DNA from: a virus
Taxonomy: Duplodnaviria > Heunggongvirae > Uroviricota > Caudoviricetes
Virus record (IMG/VR): IMGVR_UViG_2534681675_000025
Span: 1 to 57,091 of that record
Length of the DNA stretch: 57,091 nt
Direction: 5' to 3' (one strand)
Both the position numbers and the translations under genes were made by a program. This document shows, in pieces, positions 1 to 10,772 of this stretch. Under the pieces are notes generated by a model. It was not told where the DNA came from. It did no database searches and was given only the letters and a program-made list of their open reading frames with translations. Every line of letters starts with the position of its first letter. Position 1 is the stretch's first letter.

Positions 1-3000
1 AGCAGTAAGGGGCATACCCCGCGCGAAGCGAAGGATAACCTGAAGTCCACGCAGTTGCTGAGTGTGATCGATGCCATCAGCGAAGGGCCGGTTGAAGGTC
101 CGGTGGATGGATTAAAAAGCGTGCTGCTGAACAGTACGCCGGTGCTGGACAGTGAGGGGAATACCAATATCTCCGGTGTCACGGTGGTGTTCCGTGCAGG
201 TGAGCAGGAGCAGACACCGCCGGAGGGATTTGAATCCTCCGGCTCCGAGACGGTGCTGGGTACGGAAGTGAAGTACGACACGCCGATTACCCGGACCATC
301 ACGTCTGCAAACATCGACCGTCTGCGCTTTACCTTCGGTGTGCAGGCACTGGTGGAAACCACCTCAAAAGGGGGGACCCGAATCCGTCGGAAGTCCGCCT
401 GCTGGTTCAGATACAACGTAACGGTGGCTGGGTGACGGAAAAAGACATCACCATTAAGGGAAAAACCACCTCACAGTATCTGGCCTCGGTGGTGGTGGGT
501 AACCTGCCGCCGCGCCCGTTCAGTATCCGGATGCGCAGGATGACGCCGGACAGCACTACAGACCAGCTGCAGAACAAAACGCTCTGGTCGTCATACACCG
601 AAATCATCGATGTGAAACAGGGCTACCCGAACACGGCACTGGTCGGTGTACAGGTGGACTCGGAGCAGTTCGGCAGCCAGCAGGTGAGTCGTAATTATCA
701 TCTTCGCGGGCGCATTCTGCAGGTGCCGTCGAACTATAACCCGCAGACGCGGCAATACAGCAGTATCTGGGACGGAACGTTTAAACCGGCATACAGCAAC
801 AACATGGCCTGGTGTCTGTGGGATATGCTGACCCATCCGCGCTACGGCATGGGGAAACGTCTTGGTGCGGCGGATGTGGATAAATGGGCGCTGTATGTCA
901 TCGGCCAGTACTGCGACCAGTCAGTGCCGGACGGCTTTGGCGGCACGGAGCCGCGCATCACCTGTAATGCTTACCTGACAACACAGCGTAAGGCGTGGGA
1001 TGTGCTCAGTGATTTCTGCTCGGCGATGCGCTGTATGCCGGTATGGAACGGGCAGACGCTGACGTTCGTGCAGGACCGACCGTCGGATAAGGTGTGGACC
1101 TATAACCGCAGTAATGTGGTGATGCCGGATGATGGCGCGCCGTTCCGCTACAGCTTCAGCGCCCTGAAAGACCGCCATAATGCCGTTGAGGTGAACTGGA
1201 TTGACCCGAACAACGGCTGGGAGACGGCGACAGAGCTTGTGGAGGACACGCGGGCCATTGCCCGTTACGGTCGTAATGTCACGAAGATGGATGCTTTTGG
1301 CTGTACCAGCCGGGGGCAGGCACACCGCGCCGGGCTGTGGCTGATTAAAACAGAACTGCTGGAAACGCAGACCGTGGACTTCAGCGTGGGCGCAGAAGGG
1401 CTTCGCCATGTGCCGGGCGATGTCATTGAAATCTGTGATGATGACTATGCCGGTATCAGCATCGGCGGGCGCGTGCTGGCGGTAAACAGCCAGACCCGGA
1501 CGCTGACGCTCGACCGTGAAATCACTCTGCCATCCTCCGGTACCACGCTGATAAGCCTGGTTGACGGAAGTGGCAATCCGGTCAGCGAGGAGGTTCAGTC
1601 CGTCACCGACGGCGTGAAGGTGAAAGTGAGCCGTGTTCCTGACGGCGTTGCTGAATACAGCGTGTGGGGGCTGAAGCTGCCGACGCTGCGCCAGCGCCTG
1701 TTCCGCTGCGTGAGTATCCGTGAGAACGACGACGGCACGTATGCCATCACTGCCGTGCAGCATGTACCGGAAAAGAAGCCATCGTGGATAACGGGGCGCA
1801 CTTTGACGGCGACCAGAGCGGCACGGTGAATGGTGTCACACCGCCAGCGGTGCAGCACCTTACCGCCGAAGTCACCGCAGACAGCGGGGATATCAGGTAC
1901 TGGCCCGCTGGGACACGCCGAAGGTGGTGAAGGGCGTGAGCTTCATGCTTCGCCTGACCGTGGCAGCGGACGACGGCAGTGAGCGGCTGGTCAGCACAGC
2001 CCGGACAACGGAAACCACATACCGCTTCAGACAACTGGCGCTGGGGCGTTATATGCTGACGGTCCGGGCGGTAAATGCCCGGGGGCAGCAGGGTGATCCG
2101 GCGTCGGTATCGTTCCGGATTGCGGCACCGGCAGCGCCTGTCACTATTGAACTGATACCGGGGTATTTTCAGATAACGGCAGTCCCGCGTCTTGCGGTGT
2201 ATGACCCGACGGTGCAGTTTGAGTTCTGGTTCTCGGAAAATCAGATTACGGATATCCGGCAGGTTGAAACCACAGCCCGCTATCTCGGTACGGCGATGTA
2301 CTGGACAGCTGCCAGTATTAATATCAGGCCGGGCCATGATTATTACTTTTATATCCGCAGTGTGAACATCGTCGGTAAATCAGCGTTTGTGGAAGCTGTC
2401 GGCCAGCCGGTTAATGATGCTGAGGTGTATCTCAATTTTTTTGAAGGGAAAATAAACAGCACCCTGCTGGGGCAGGAGCTGAACGATCGTATTAATGCCT
2501 CGGCATTGCGCAGTGAAGTTGAGCAACTGGAGGATGAGATCAATCAGCAGATAGAGAGTGATATTGCTGAAGTGACCCAAAAAATCGGGGAGACAGAAAA
2601 CAGCCTCACGCAGCTGGTTGCGAAAAAAAATGATGAGCTGTCACTGGGTATATCACAGGTGAGCCAGAGAGTGGATAACGTCAGCAGCGAACTCACGCAG
2701 ACGGTCAGTCAGAGTAATGAGGAGAATGCACGCCAGATAGCGCAGGTTCGCCAGTATGTGGATCAAAAAAGCAGTGAAATCATGACGACAACGGACCAGA
2801 AGCTGGGAGATCAGGAGGCCACCATCCAGCAGATACAAAAGGTTCAGACGGACACCAGTAATAACCTGAACAGTATGTGGGCCGTGAAACTGCAGCAGAT
2901 GCAGGATGGTCGCCTTTATATTGCGGGTATCGGTGCCGGTATTGAGAACACCCCCGACGGCATGCAGAGTCAGGTGCTGCTGGCGGCAGACAGGATTGCG

Positions 3001-3690
3001 ATGATTAATCCTGCAAATGGCAACACAAAACCGATGTTTGTTGGTCAGGGTGATCAGATATTCATGAATGAAGTGTTCCTGAAATATCTGACGGCTCCCA
3101 CCATTACCAGCGGCGGTAATCCTCCTGCATTTTCCCTGACACCGGACGGAAAGCTGACCGCTAAAAATGCCGATATCAGCGGTAACGTGAATGCGAACTC
3201 CGGGACGCTCAACAACGTCACGATAAATGAGAACTGTCAGATTAAGGGGAAACTGTCAGCCAATCAGATTGAAGGCGATATTGTCAAAACGGTGGGAAAA
3301 TCCTTTCCGAGAAATGGCAGTTATGCCAGCGGTACAATAACGGTCACTGTGTACGATGACCAGGCTTTTGACCGTCAGATAGTAATCCCACCCGTTCTGT
3401 TTCGCGGTGGTAAGCATGAAAACTTTAACAGCAACAACCAACAGTCATACTGGTACTCAACCTGTAAGCTGCAGGTGCTGAAGAACGGACAGGAAATCTT
3501 TCAGCAACCCGCGACGGATGTCAGCAGGGTATTTTCATCCGTCATCGATATGCCTGCCGGACACGGGCATGTCACCCTGACTTTCAATGTTTCTTCATAT
3601 GGTGCTAATAACTGGACGCCAACGACCAGTATCAGCGACCTTCTTGTTGTCGTGATGAAGAAATCAACAGCCGGTATCAGTATCAGCTGA
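1..3690 (+). pseudogene. J: Lambda J-like host specificity (tail tip) gene, 5' end outside window, reading frame broken at about 372-395, 1771-1774 and 1890
   Basis: Three consecutive ORFs (55-435, 432-1829, 1924-3690) in frames 1/0/1 together read as one J-like protein (SVIDAISEGP..., KTTSQYLASVV..., C-terminal fibre domain); frame switches sit at G/A homopolymer runs. Confidence 0.8.
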
Positions 3691-3708
3691 ATTTTATAAC
3701 CCCAATAC

Positions 3709-3732
3709 GGGCGCCAGAAATGGCGCTTTTTT
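3709..3732 (+). terminator. Putative rho-independent terminator after J
   Basis: GC stem (gggcgcc/ggcgc) followed by a T-run. Confidence 0.45.
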
Positions 3733-3756
3733 ATTGCAGAAAAGCGAGAGGTAATT

Positions 3757-4356
3757 ATGCGTAAATTATGTGCTGTTATTCTGTCTGCAGTAGTCTGGCT
3801 GGTCGCCGCTGGTACGCCAGCGAGTGCAGCAGAGCATCAGTCCACACTAAGCGGCGGGTATCTTCAGTCCCATACTGATATGCCCGGAAACGATGACCTG
3901 AAGGGCATTAACGTGAAATACCGTTATGAATTTACGGACACGCTGGGGCTGGTGACGTCATTCAGCTATGCAGGAGACAAGAATCGCCAGCTGACCCGTT
4001 ACAGTGATACCCGCTGGCATGAAGATTCCGTTCGTAACCGCTGGTTCAGCGTAATGGCGGGGCCGTCTGTGCGCGTGAATGAATGGTTCAGCGCGTATGC
4101 GATGGCGGGTGTGGCTTACAGCCGTGTATCGACTTTCTCCGGGGATTATCTCCGCGTAACTGACAATAAGGGGAAAACGCACGATGTGCTGACCGGAAGT
4201 GATGACGGTCGCCGCAGCAACACGTCTCTGGCGTGGGGAGCTGGCGTGCAGTTTAACCCGACCGAATCCGTGGCTATTGATGTCGCTTATGAAGGCTCCG
4301 GCAGTGGCGACTGGCGCACTGACGGTTTCATCGTGGGTGTCGGTTATAAATTCTGA
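3757..4356 (+). CDS. lom: Lom/Ail-family outer membrane beta-barrel protein
   Basis: 199 aa, signal peptide, aromatic C-terminal YKF, position between J and stf as in lambda. Confidence 0.85.
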   Translation: MRKLCAVILSAVVWLVAAGTPASAAEHQSTLSGGYLQSHTDMPGNDDLKGINVKYRYEFTDTLGLVTSFSYAGDKNRQLTRYSDTRWHEDSVRNRWFSVMAGPSVRVNEWFSAYAMAGVAYSRVSTFSGDYLRVTDNKGKTHDVLTGSDDGRRSNTSLAWGAGVQFNPTESVAIDVAYEGSGSGDWRTDGFIVGVGYKF

Positions 4357-4382
4357 TTAGCCAGGTAACACAGTGTTATGAC

Positions 4383-4409
4383 AGCCCGCCGGTTCAGGCG
4401 GGCTTTTTT
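4383..4409 (+). terminator. Rho-independent terminator after lom
   Basis: agcccgcc-ggttcag-gcgggc stem followed by tttttt. Confidence 0.6.
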
Positions 4410-4414
4410 GTGGG

Positions 4415-6510
4415 GTGAATATGGCAGTAAAGATTTCAGGTGTCCTGAAGGACGGAGCGGGTGAGCCTGTCGTAAACTGTGCGATTGAATTGCGTGCCAG
4501 AAGAACCAGTCCGACAGTTGTGGTTAATATTGTGGCAACCTGTCTTACGGGAAGTGATGGCGGGTATACTATTAATGCTGAGCCGGGATTTTATGATGTA
4601 TTTTTGTCCCGCTCAGGGCATCCTCCTGTAAAGGCGGGGGAAATTTATGTTGCACCGACAGATGAGCCGGATACGCTGAATGCTTTTCTGGATGCACCAA
4701 AGGAGGGTGATTTACGCCCTGAGGTAATGAAGCGTTTTGAGGAAATGATAAATACCGTTTTTCGCTTGTCTGAGCAGGTGGTCAGTGACAGGGAGAGAGC
4801 AGAAACAGCTGCTGATGATGCAATCAATGCAGCAACATCTGCGGCGGTTAGTAAGGATGAGGCAGAAGAGCTAAAAAATCAGACACAGCAGAGCGCCGAA
4901 GCTGCAGCCGGAAACGCACAGCAGACGGCACAGGATGTGACGACAACCGCAACGGCCCGTGATGATGCGGAACGTTTTGCGGGTGAGGCAGAAAACAGCG
5001 CACAGTCATCAGGCACATCGCGGGATGAATCAGTCGATGCCGCCGAACGTGCCCGCCTTTATCATAATGCCGCATCATCAGCTGCAACCAGCGCGGAAAA
5101 TGCAGCAAATGCTGCACTCGGGCATGAAAACAGCGCCGCTGAATACGCCCGACAGGCTAAAGCCAGCCAGGATGCAGGTGCAGACAATGCGCAGGAAGCG
5201 AAACAGTACAGGGATGAGGCGCAGCAGATAGTTGATGACCTGAATGCAACAAATGCCTCCACGACAGAAAAAGGTCTGGTGCAACTGTGTAGTGATACGG
5301 ACAACGACAGCGAGGAACTGGCTGCCACGCCAAAGGCTGTCAAAACCGTCATGGACGAGACGAAACAAAAGCGCCACTGGACAGCCCGGCCTTCACCGGC
5401 ACCCCAACCACCCCAACCCCACCGGATGATGCCGCCGGTCTGGAAGCAGCGAACGCAGCGTTTGTGCGCAAACTGCTTGCTGCGCTGGTTGGCTCATCGC
5501 CGGAAGTTCTGGACACCCTGAACGAGCTGGCAGCGGCGCTGGGCAATGACCCGAACTTTGCGACGACAATCACAAACGCGCTGGCAGGCAAACAACCGCT
5601 TAATGACGTCTTAACGGCAATCAGCGCACTGACGCAACGGGCAGATAATCTTCTGTACTTCAATACAGACGGGAATGCCTCACTGTCTCTGCTGTCAGAG
5701 AAGGGCCGCGCATTGCTGGCGCATGACACGGCTGAAGCCATGCGCACGGAGCTTGAGCTGAGCGCGGCTGCGACGATGGAACCCCAGAGTGATATCCGTG
5801 ACCGCACACCGGGCAGGCTGGCCCTGTCCGGGATGTATGGGTTTGGACAGGCATTCACCAGCGCCGAAGCTCTGTCATTTAACGGACAGGCTGATTTCGT
5901 TATATGGCTGCAGACAGTCACCCCGGGGCGTTATGCGGTCAGTATTGCGGACTCCTCCACGCTGCTGGTGGGCACCACGAAATTTAACGGTATCATTGAT
6001 GTGATGTGGTCACCCTCTGATAACGATGGTTCAGACTCAGCGCGTAAATTCAAAACGCTGCTGTACTACAACCAGTATTACGAGGATGAGCACAGCATAC
6101 ATTGTATGCGTTATCGCTACAGTGGTAACAGCTGGAATGCAACATCAAGCCTTATTGTGTATGACGGCAACTCCCTGGCATATCTGATGTCCTCAACCGC
6201 CGGTAATGGTCCGTTCTCATATTACCAATACCCGGCCGTCGGTGTGCCGATTATGGCGGTATATCAGGGAGAAAGTTTTGGTGAAAATGCTTCTCTGGGA
6301 CTCGGTGATACTGTGCCGGGTTCCCGTCTTGGTCCTCTGGCCATGAGTGCACAGGTTAGTGATACAGGGACATACGCATCCTCACCGCAGGTTGTGATTG
6401 GCGGTGCCGGTGAATACAACTTCCCCGGTCGTTACACGGCGCTTTCGGGCCTGGGTAACAATTATGGTACTCAGCGTGGCTTTATCGGTCTTTTTGTACG
6501 CATTGAGTAA
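4415..6510 (+). pseudogene. stf: Side tail fibre gene (lambda Stf-like), single frameshift in an A-run at 5367-5370
   Basis: ORFs 4415-5521 and 5464-6510 are N- and C-terminal parts of one fibre; frame 1 upstream of 5464 reads KAPLDSPAFTGTPTTP..., continuous with the downstream ORF; A4 where A5 would keep the frame. Confidence 0.75.
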
Positions 6511-7097
6511 TGAGGAAATCAGGCATGAAAATCAGAGCGGTGAAAGGTATCAGAAACGCACATTATCTTGAAAATGGTGCGGTTGACTGCGAGGTGTTAT
6601 TTGAAGGTGAAACGGAGTTTGCCCTGTATACCGCCATACAGGATGACACGGCCCCGACAGGCCAGCACATCTGGCAGGAGCTGCAAAGCGGGAAATGGGG
6701 CGAAATCGCCCCGTTCACTGTCACGCCTGAACTTATTGCAGCGGCAAAGGATGCCAAAAGGCGGGAAATTGAGGCATGGCGCGACAGTCAGGAAAACGTT
6801 GAGTTTATTTTCACGTTTGATGGCCGTCGTTTTGATGGCGGAAAAACCTCGCAGTCACGCCTTGCGCCCGTGGTTGCAACAGCGCAGGCCGGACTGCTTC
6901 CGGATGGTTTTTTCTGGACTGATGCGGATAATAACAACGTCGTACTGACCAGGGAGAAACTTATTGCGCTGAACGATGCCATGATGGTGGCCATGGTGGC
7001 GGAGGGCTTTAAAATCCACGAACGCCAGCGCGAGATGAAGGAACAACTGAATAATCTGGATGATTTGCGTTCAATCAGAGCGTTTGACGTGACGTAA
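6510..7097 (+). CDS. tfa: Tail fibre assembly protein (Tfa)
   Basis: 195 aa, start overlaps stf stop, Tfa-like sequence, position after stf. Confidence 0.85.
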   Translation: MRKSGMKIRAVKGIRNAHYLENGAVDCEVLFEGETEFALYTAIQDDTAPTGQHIWQELQSGKWGEIAPFTVTPELIAAAKDAKRREIEAWRDSQENVEFIFTFDGRRFDGGKTSQSRLAPVVATAQAGLLPDGFFWTDADNNNVVLTREKLIALNDAMMVAMVAEGFKIHERQREMKEQLNNLDDLRSIRAFDVT

Positions 7098-7143
7098 TTG
7101 GTAGGTTGCGTCATGTTGAATTGTTACTCTTAGTTACAAATAG

Positions 7144-7177
7144 AAAAGCCTCTGACTTCACAATCAGAGGCTTTTTT
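7144..7177 (+). terminator. Rho-independent terminator after tfa
   Basis: aaaagcctctga...tcagaggctttttt hairpin plus T-run. Confidence 0.6.
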
Positions 7178-7295
7178 GAAATGCACGTGCATTTTGCGTG
7201 TATATTTTTGTCTTTTTTAAGTCCGCTTACTGTCTGGTCAGTGTCCGTAAGTGGCTGTTTTTATTGCCGCTGTCCGGTTGCAGTCCTATCAAAAG

Positions 7296-7340
7296 TGGTG
7301 GAGCTGGCGGGAGTTGAACCCGCGTCCGAAATTCCTACAT
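7296..7340 (-). other. ssrA: 3'-terminal 45 nt of ssrA (tmRNA) only; prophage attachment-site core, not a full tmRNA gene
   Basis: Reverse complement reads ATGTAGGAATTTCGGACGCGGGTTCAACTCCCGCCAGCTCCACCA (T-arm, acceptor 3' strand, CCA); upstream sequence diverges from tmRNA. Confidence 0.75.
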
Positions 7341-7472
7341 ACCATTTTTACTATAACAAAAACATGAACTTATGTTTAAAATCAGTATGTTAGTATTATT
7401 TTGTGTTTGTCTGTTTTACGCATTTTTAATGCTCTGCCGCCAAAATGCCGCCACTGGTTTTGCTTGGGAGAC

Positions 7473-8993
7473 TTATTCAGGCTTTAATTTATTGATAATA
7501 GAATCTACCATTTTAATGCCTGCCTCATTGACTATGACTGAATTGACTACTCTATCAAAATAGTCTTCTATATGGTGGGAAAATAGGAAAGCAGCACTTG
7601 ATGGTTTTTTGTTCTTTTCAACAGCAGATTGCAAGACTTCATGAGGCGGAATTTTAAACCTTTTGCATGATGCAATGAGATATTCAAACTCTTCAAATGA
7701 TAGACAAAAAATATTCTCTGTAGGGATATGATAGTTATGTTTAAACTTGTCATATATCTTATTCATCTCATCTTTAGCATAAGTATTAGCTAGGATACTA
7801 CCATTGCCTAAGAAAAGGTTTTTATATGTAATGCAAATGATATATGAGTTAGCCCTGAATGGAGCTATTATTCGCTCATTAGAGTATATTTCTCGATTAA
7901 CTTCGTGAGATTGTTCGATTGCTTTTAATACCGATTTCTTTATTTTTCCTGCAATATCCTCAGGGCGTAATGTTACCATGCCTTTTTGGTGTATCTCAAC
8001 GCCTTTAGCATCAATGAAAATATTTGCCTCAGTATGTGGAATGAAATAATCAACTACTTTATTATCTTTAGGTAGTCGTTCTTTAAGGTATTTTTCGTTA
8101 TGAAAATCAATTTCGCTTTCTTTTAGTATTAATTCCAGTGCATTTTCAAATACATTTCCAAAGCTATCCATGAACTTCTCGGCATCAGTTCTTCTTAAAA
8201 GATCATATATGAACGTCTGTATGCTTGTTGAAGTCAGTTGTGTGTGTATCTGAAAATACTCTGAACCTTTTTTTATTAATGGTTTTTCAAGGAAAGGTGA
8301 TGATGAGTAGTATTCAAGCAAAGGTTTATCATAGGTTTTTGATTTGCAAAATGTAGATAGTTCATTGTAATTTATTGATATTGCATCAAGAAATTTCTCA
8401 ATGGTATTTCTAGGAATGATGTCAAATAATATAGTAAATGTATCTACATTCATTTTTCTCACGGGATGCTCTTCTGTTATGTGAGTTATTAATATGTAAG
8501 ATAGCTTAAGAAAGTCTTCGATAGATACATTCGTGATAGTAAAAAAACTTGTCTTTATTTTATGGTTTTTTTCAAGTTCTGAAAATAGAAAGACTTGTCT
8601 GCTAATTGTGTTTAGAGCGTCAATTTTCTGGTAGATTCCTTGTTGGTATAGATTATTTCTAATGAAGAAATGCATGCCATTCTTCCTCTCAAGACCGATA
8701 GGAATAATGTTCAAGGTTTCATAAGTTTTTTGGAAGAGTTTTATTGCTTGATTTTTATCGAGGATTTTGAATTTTTTATTCTTGCCAGTTACTGACGCAG
8801 ACCACTTTAGACATAAATTAACAATCCAAGGCATGTGTCGTAACATGTGGATATTATCTTCAAATTTTTGTAAGTTATATTGCATACAGAATTCGATAAA
8901 TAAATCAGGGGAATAACCTTGGATTTCTGAACGAATAGCATCCATTCTTAACTTTGCAACCGCATCAGATTGAATATCTAATTTTTGAATCAC
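7473..8993 (-). CDS. Hypothetical protein, 506 aa, strongly AT-rich cargo gene between att remnant and int
   Basis: Long uninterrupted ORF; composition much more AT-rich than flanking phage genes; no motif I can recognise by eye. Confidence 0.7.
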   Translation of the reverse strand: MIQKLDIQSDAVAKLRMDAIRSEIQGYSPDLFIEFCMQYNLQKFEDNIHMLRHMPWIVNLCLKWSASVTGKNKKFKILDKNQAIKLFQKTYETLNIIPIGLERKNGMHFFIRNNLYQQGIYQKIDALNTISRQVFLFSELEKNHKIKTSFFTITNVSIEDFLKLSYILITHITEEHPVRKMNVDTFTILFDIIPRNTIEKFLDAISINYNELSTFCKSKTYDKPLLEYYSSSPFLEKPLIKKGSEYFQIHTQLTSTSIQTFIYDLLRRTDAEKFMDSFGNVFENALELILKESEIDFHNEKYLKERLPKDNKVVDYFIPHTEANIFIDAKGVEIHQKGMVTLRPEDIAGKIKKSVLKAIEQSHEVNREIYSNERIIAPFRANSYIICITYKNLFLGNGSILANTYAKDEMNKIYDKFKHNYHIPTENIFCLSFEEFEYLIASCKRFKIPPHEVLQSAVEKNKKPSSAAFLFSHHIEDYFDRVVNSVIVNEAGIKMVDSIINKLKPE

Positions 8994-9005
8994 AATAGGT
9001 CTCCA

Positions 9006-10019
9006 CTACAAATTATAAAGAGGATTTTTAGTCACCGCGTCTTCAAGGTGATCGGGCGAAAAGTGGGCGTAAATCATGGTCATTTTTATATCGGCATGAC
9101 CCAAAATATCACGCAGTACCAGTATGTTTCCGCCGTTCATCATAAAGTGACTGGCGAATGTATGGCGAAGCACGTGGGTGCATTGGCCCTCCGGTAGGTC
9201 AATACCGGCCCGCTTTACTGCCCGCTCAAAGGCTTTTCTGCATGGCGTGAATAACTTTCTTCTGTTTTTGGGGAGTTCATCATACAGATCCTGAGATATC
9301 GGCACAGTACGGTTTTTCTTGCCTTTTGTTTTTGTATAAGTAATTCGGTATTTCGATATTTGATGGCCCTGCAGATTTTCGGCTTCACTCCACCGTGCGC
9401 CAGTAGCCAGGCATATTTTTGCAATCATTAGTAAGCTAGGGCTTTGAGATTCAGCACATGCCGCCAACAGGCGCTTGATTTCGTCCGTGGAAAGAAAAGC
9501 CAGCTCACCTTCGGCAATTTTGAAGGTCGGAAGTCCTGCCAGCGGGTTTGGTGCTGACCAGTGTCCTAGTTTTTTTAATGTACCGAACACAGATGATAGA
9601 TTGCGCTGTTCAAGGTTTACCGTGCGGGGCTTAACGGGCGACATCAGCGTGCCATCTTCATTTCGCACTTCACCTTTTAGCCGTGCTTCGCGGTATTTCG
9701 TAAAGTCACCGGCAGTCAGCTCTGAAGCGATGGGATCGCCCAGACCATTACAGATAATTCCAAGTTTCGCCATGAGTCGCTTGGGGTCTGCGAGTGTTTG
9801 ACCATACAGGGAATACCACAGCTCAATTAATTCTGATAGGTGTCGCCGATCTTCCTTTTCTCCCAGCCAAGGTTTCTTGTTTACCTCGTCCATGGTGAAA
9901 TTCTCAAACGCAATGGCTTCGCCTTTCGTCGCAAATTGTTTGCGTACGCGTTTGCCATCTCGCCCGTTTGGGTAGCATTCACATAACCACTTTCCGTTCG
10001 GCTGTTTTCTGATGGTCAT
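9006..10019 (-). CDS. int: Tyrosine integrase (P2 Int family)
   Basis: 337 aa; C-terminal HVLRHTFASHF...GH...MIYAH catalytic region; adjacent to repressor. Confidence 0.9.
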   Translation of the reverse strand: MTIRKQPNGKWLCECYPNGRDGKRVRKQFATKGEAIAFENFTMDEVNKKPWLGEKEDRRHLSELIELWYSLYGQTLADPKRLMAKLGIICNGLGDPIASELTAGDFTKYREARLKGEVRNEDGTLMSPVKPRTVNLEQRNLSSVFGTLKKLGHWSAPNPLAGLPTFKIAEGELAFLSTDEIKRLLAACAESQSPSLLMIAKICLATGARWSEAENLQGHQISKYRITYTKTKGKKNRTVPISQDLYDELPKNRRKLFTPCRKAFERAVKRAGIDLPEGQCTHVLRHTFASHFMMNGGNILVLRDILGHADIKMTMIYAHFSPDHLEDAVTKNPLYNL

Positions 10020-10020
10020 A

Positions 10021-10653
10021 TCAAAGGCTCTTAATGATTTTCAGTGCGCGGCCTATTACCTCAATGTCATCCAGTTCGCACTCAAACGATGAATCATCCT
10101 GATGCACTACTAATCTGTTTCCCGGGAGTCGTGTCAATTTTACAATGCTTTTTATCCCGTCGATGTCCACTAACCACGTACCATTTACTGGTGGTGTTTG
10201 GTTGCGATCTATTAAATAAGAATCACCAGAAGTAGTCACCAGCAGCAGGTTGCTTGAGTCTGAGGGGAGTATGCTGCTATCAATGATTGCTTTTCCAGCA
10301 TCGATCAGCAAACCTCCGTTGAGAGTTGCCTTGTCAATTTCAGGAGATACAAGCTCCGAAAGAGGTTTAACTTTGCTAGAGTTCACGGAATTGATATTTT
10401 TTTTAGGGTCAATGTTTGAACCTGGATCGCCCTGTCCGGTAGTTAGCCACAGTAAAGAAACTCCTGTTTCCAAAGCGCACTGAATCACCCATTCTGCAGG
10501 AAAACTATCTCTTAAGTATCTGTTTGCCATAGTGCTTTTTGATGCGCCCAAGTGATCGCAAAGTTGCTGTCTGGACTTGAAATCATAGGCTGCCATTAGC
10601 CTATGGATAGCCTCTCTTCCCCCTGTATTCTCGCCAGCTTTTACTTGTATCAT
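10021..10653 (-). CDS. cI: CI-type prophage repressor (186 CI-like, two-domain)
   Basis: 210 aa, N-terminal HTH-like region, divergent from the lytic promoter, immediately upstream of int. Confidence 0.75.
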   Translation of the reverse strand: MIQVKAGENTGGREAIHRLMAAYDFKSRQQLCDHLGASKSTMANRYLRDSFPAEWVIQCALETGVSLLWLTTGQGDPGSNIDPKKNINSVNSSKVKPLSELVSPEIDKATLNGGLLIDAGKAIIDSSILPSDSSNLLLVTTSGDSYLIDRNQTPPVNGTWLVDIDGIKSIVKLTRLPGNRLVVHQDDSSFECELDDIEVIGRALKIIKSL

Positions 10654-10665
10654 TTTTTAATCCTG

Positions 10666-10717
10666 TTGACGTATCAAATATTGGATCGTAGTATCTTGGT
10701 GTATCAAATATTGAATC
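10666..10717 (+). promoter_or_regulatory. Rightward lytic promoter (pR-like) with two 17-bp direct-repeat operator copies
   Basis: TTGACG (10666-10671), 17-nt spacer, TAGTAT (10689-10694); repeats gtatcaaatattgRatc at 10671-10687 and 10701-10717. Confidence 0.55.
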
Positions 10718-10772
10718 AAATAAAACAAGATAAAACGACGTAAACCAAACCTTAATCGAGAGATACTGCACT

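Larger units (their letters stand above)
1..7200 (+). mobile_element. Lambdoid prophage right end (tail tip and fibre module: J, lom, stf, tfa); extends beyond window start
   Basis: Gene order J-lom-stf-tfa as in phage lambda; protein sequences recognisably lambda-like. Confidence 0.85.

Noticed and set aside
55-435. Separate 126-aa gene at the window start
   Set aside because: It is the N-terminal segment of J (SVIDAISEGP...) separated from the rest by a frameshift, not an independent gene.
921-1763. 280-aa minus-strand ORF inside the J gene
   Set aside because: Lies entirely antisense to a well-supported J-like coding frame; GC-rich antisense ORFs of this kind are common artefacts.
5349-5921. 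190-aa minus-strand ORF inside stf
   Set aside because: Antisense to the tail-fibre coding sequence; low-complexity Ala/Ser-rich translation typical of a spurious frame.
7296-7340. Complete tRNA or tmRNA gene
   Set aside because: Only the 3'-terminal 45 nt of tmRNA is present; similarity ends immediately upstream, so this is an att-site remnant, not a functional RNA gene.
7106-7563. Small plus-strand ORFs (95 aa and 63 aa) around the att remnant
   Set aside because: They cross the terminator and the ssrA-derived fragment and run antisense into the 506-aa gene; no coding support.
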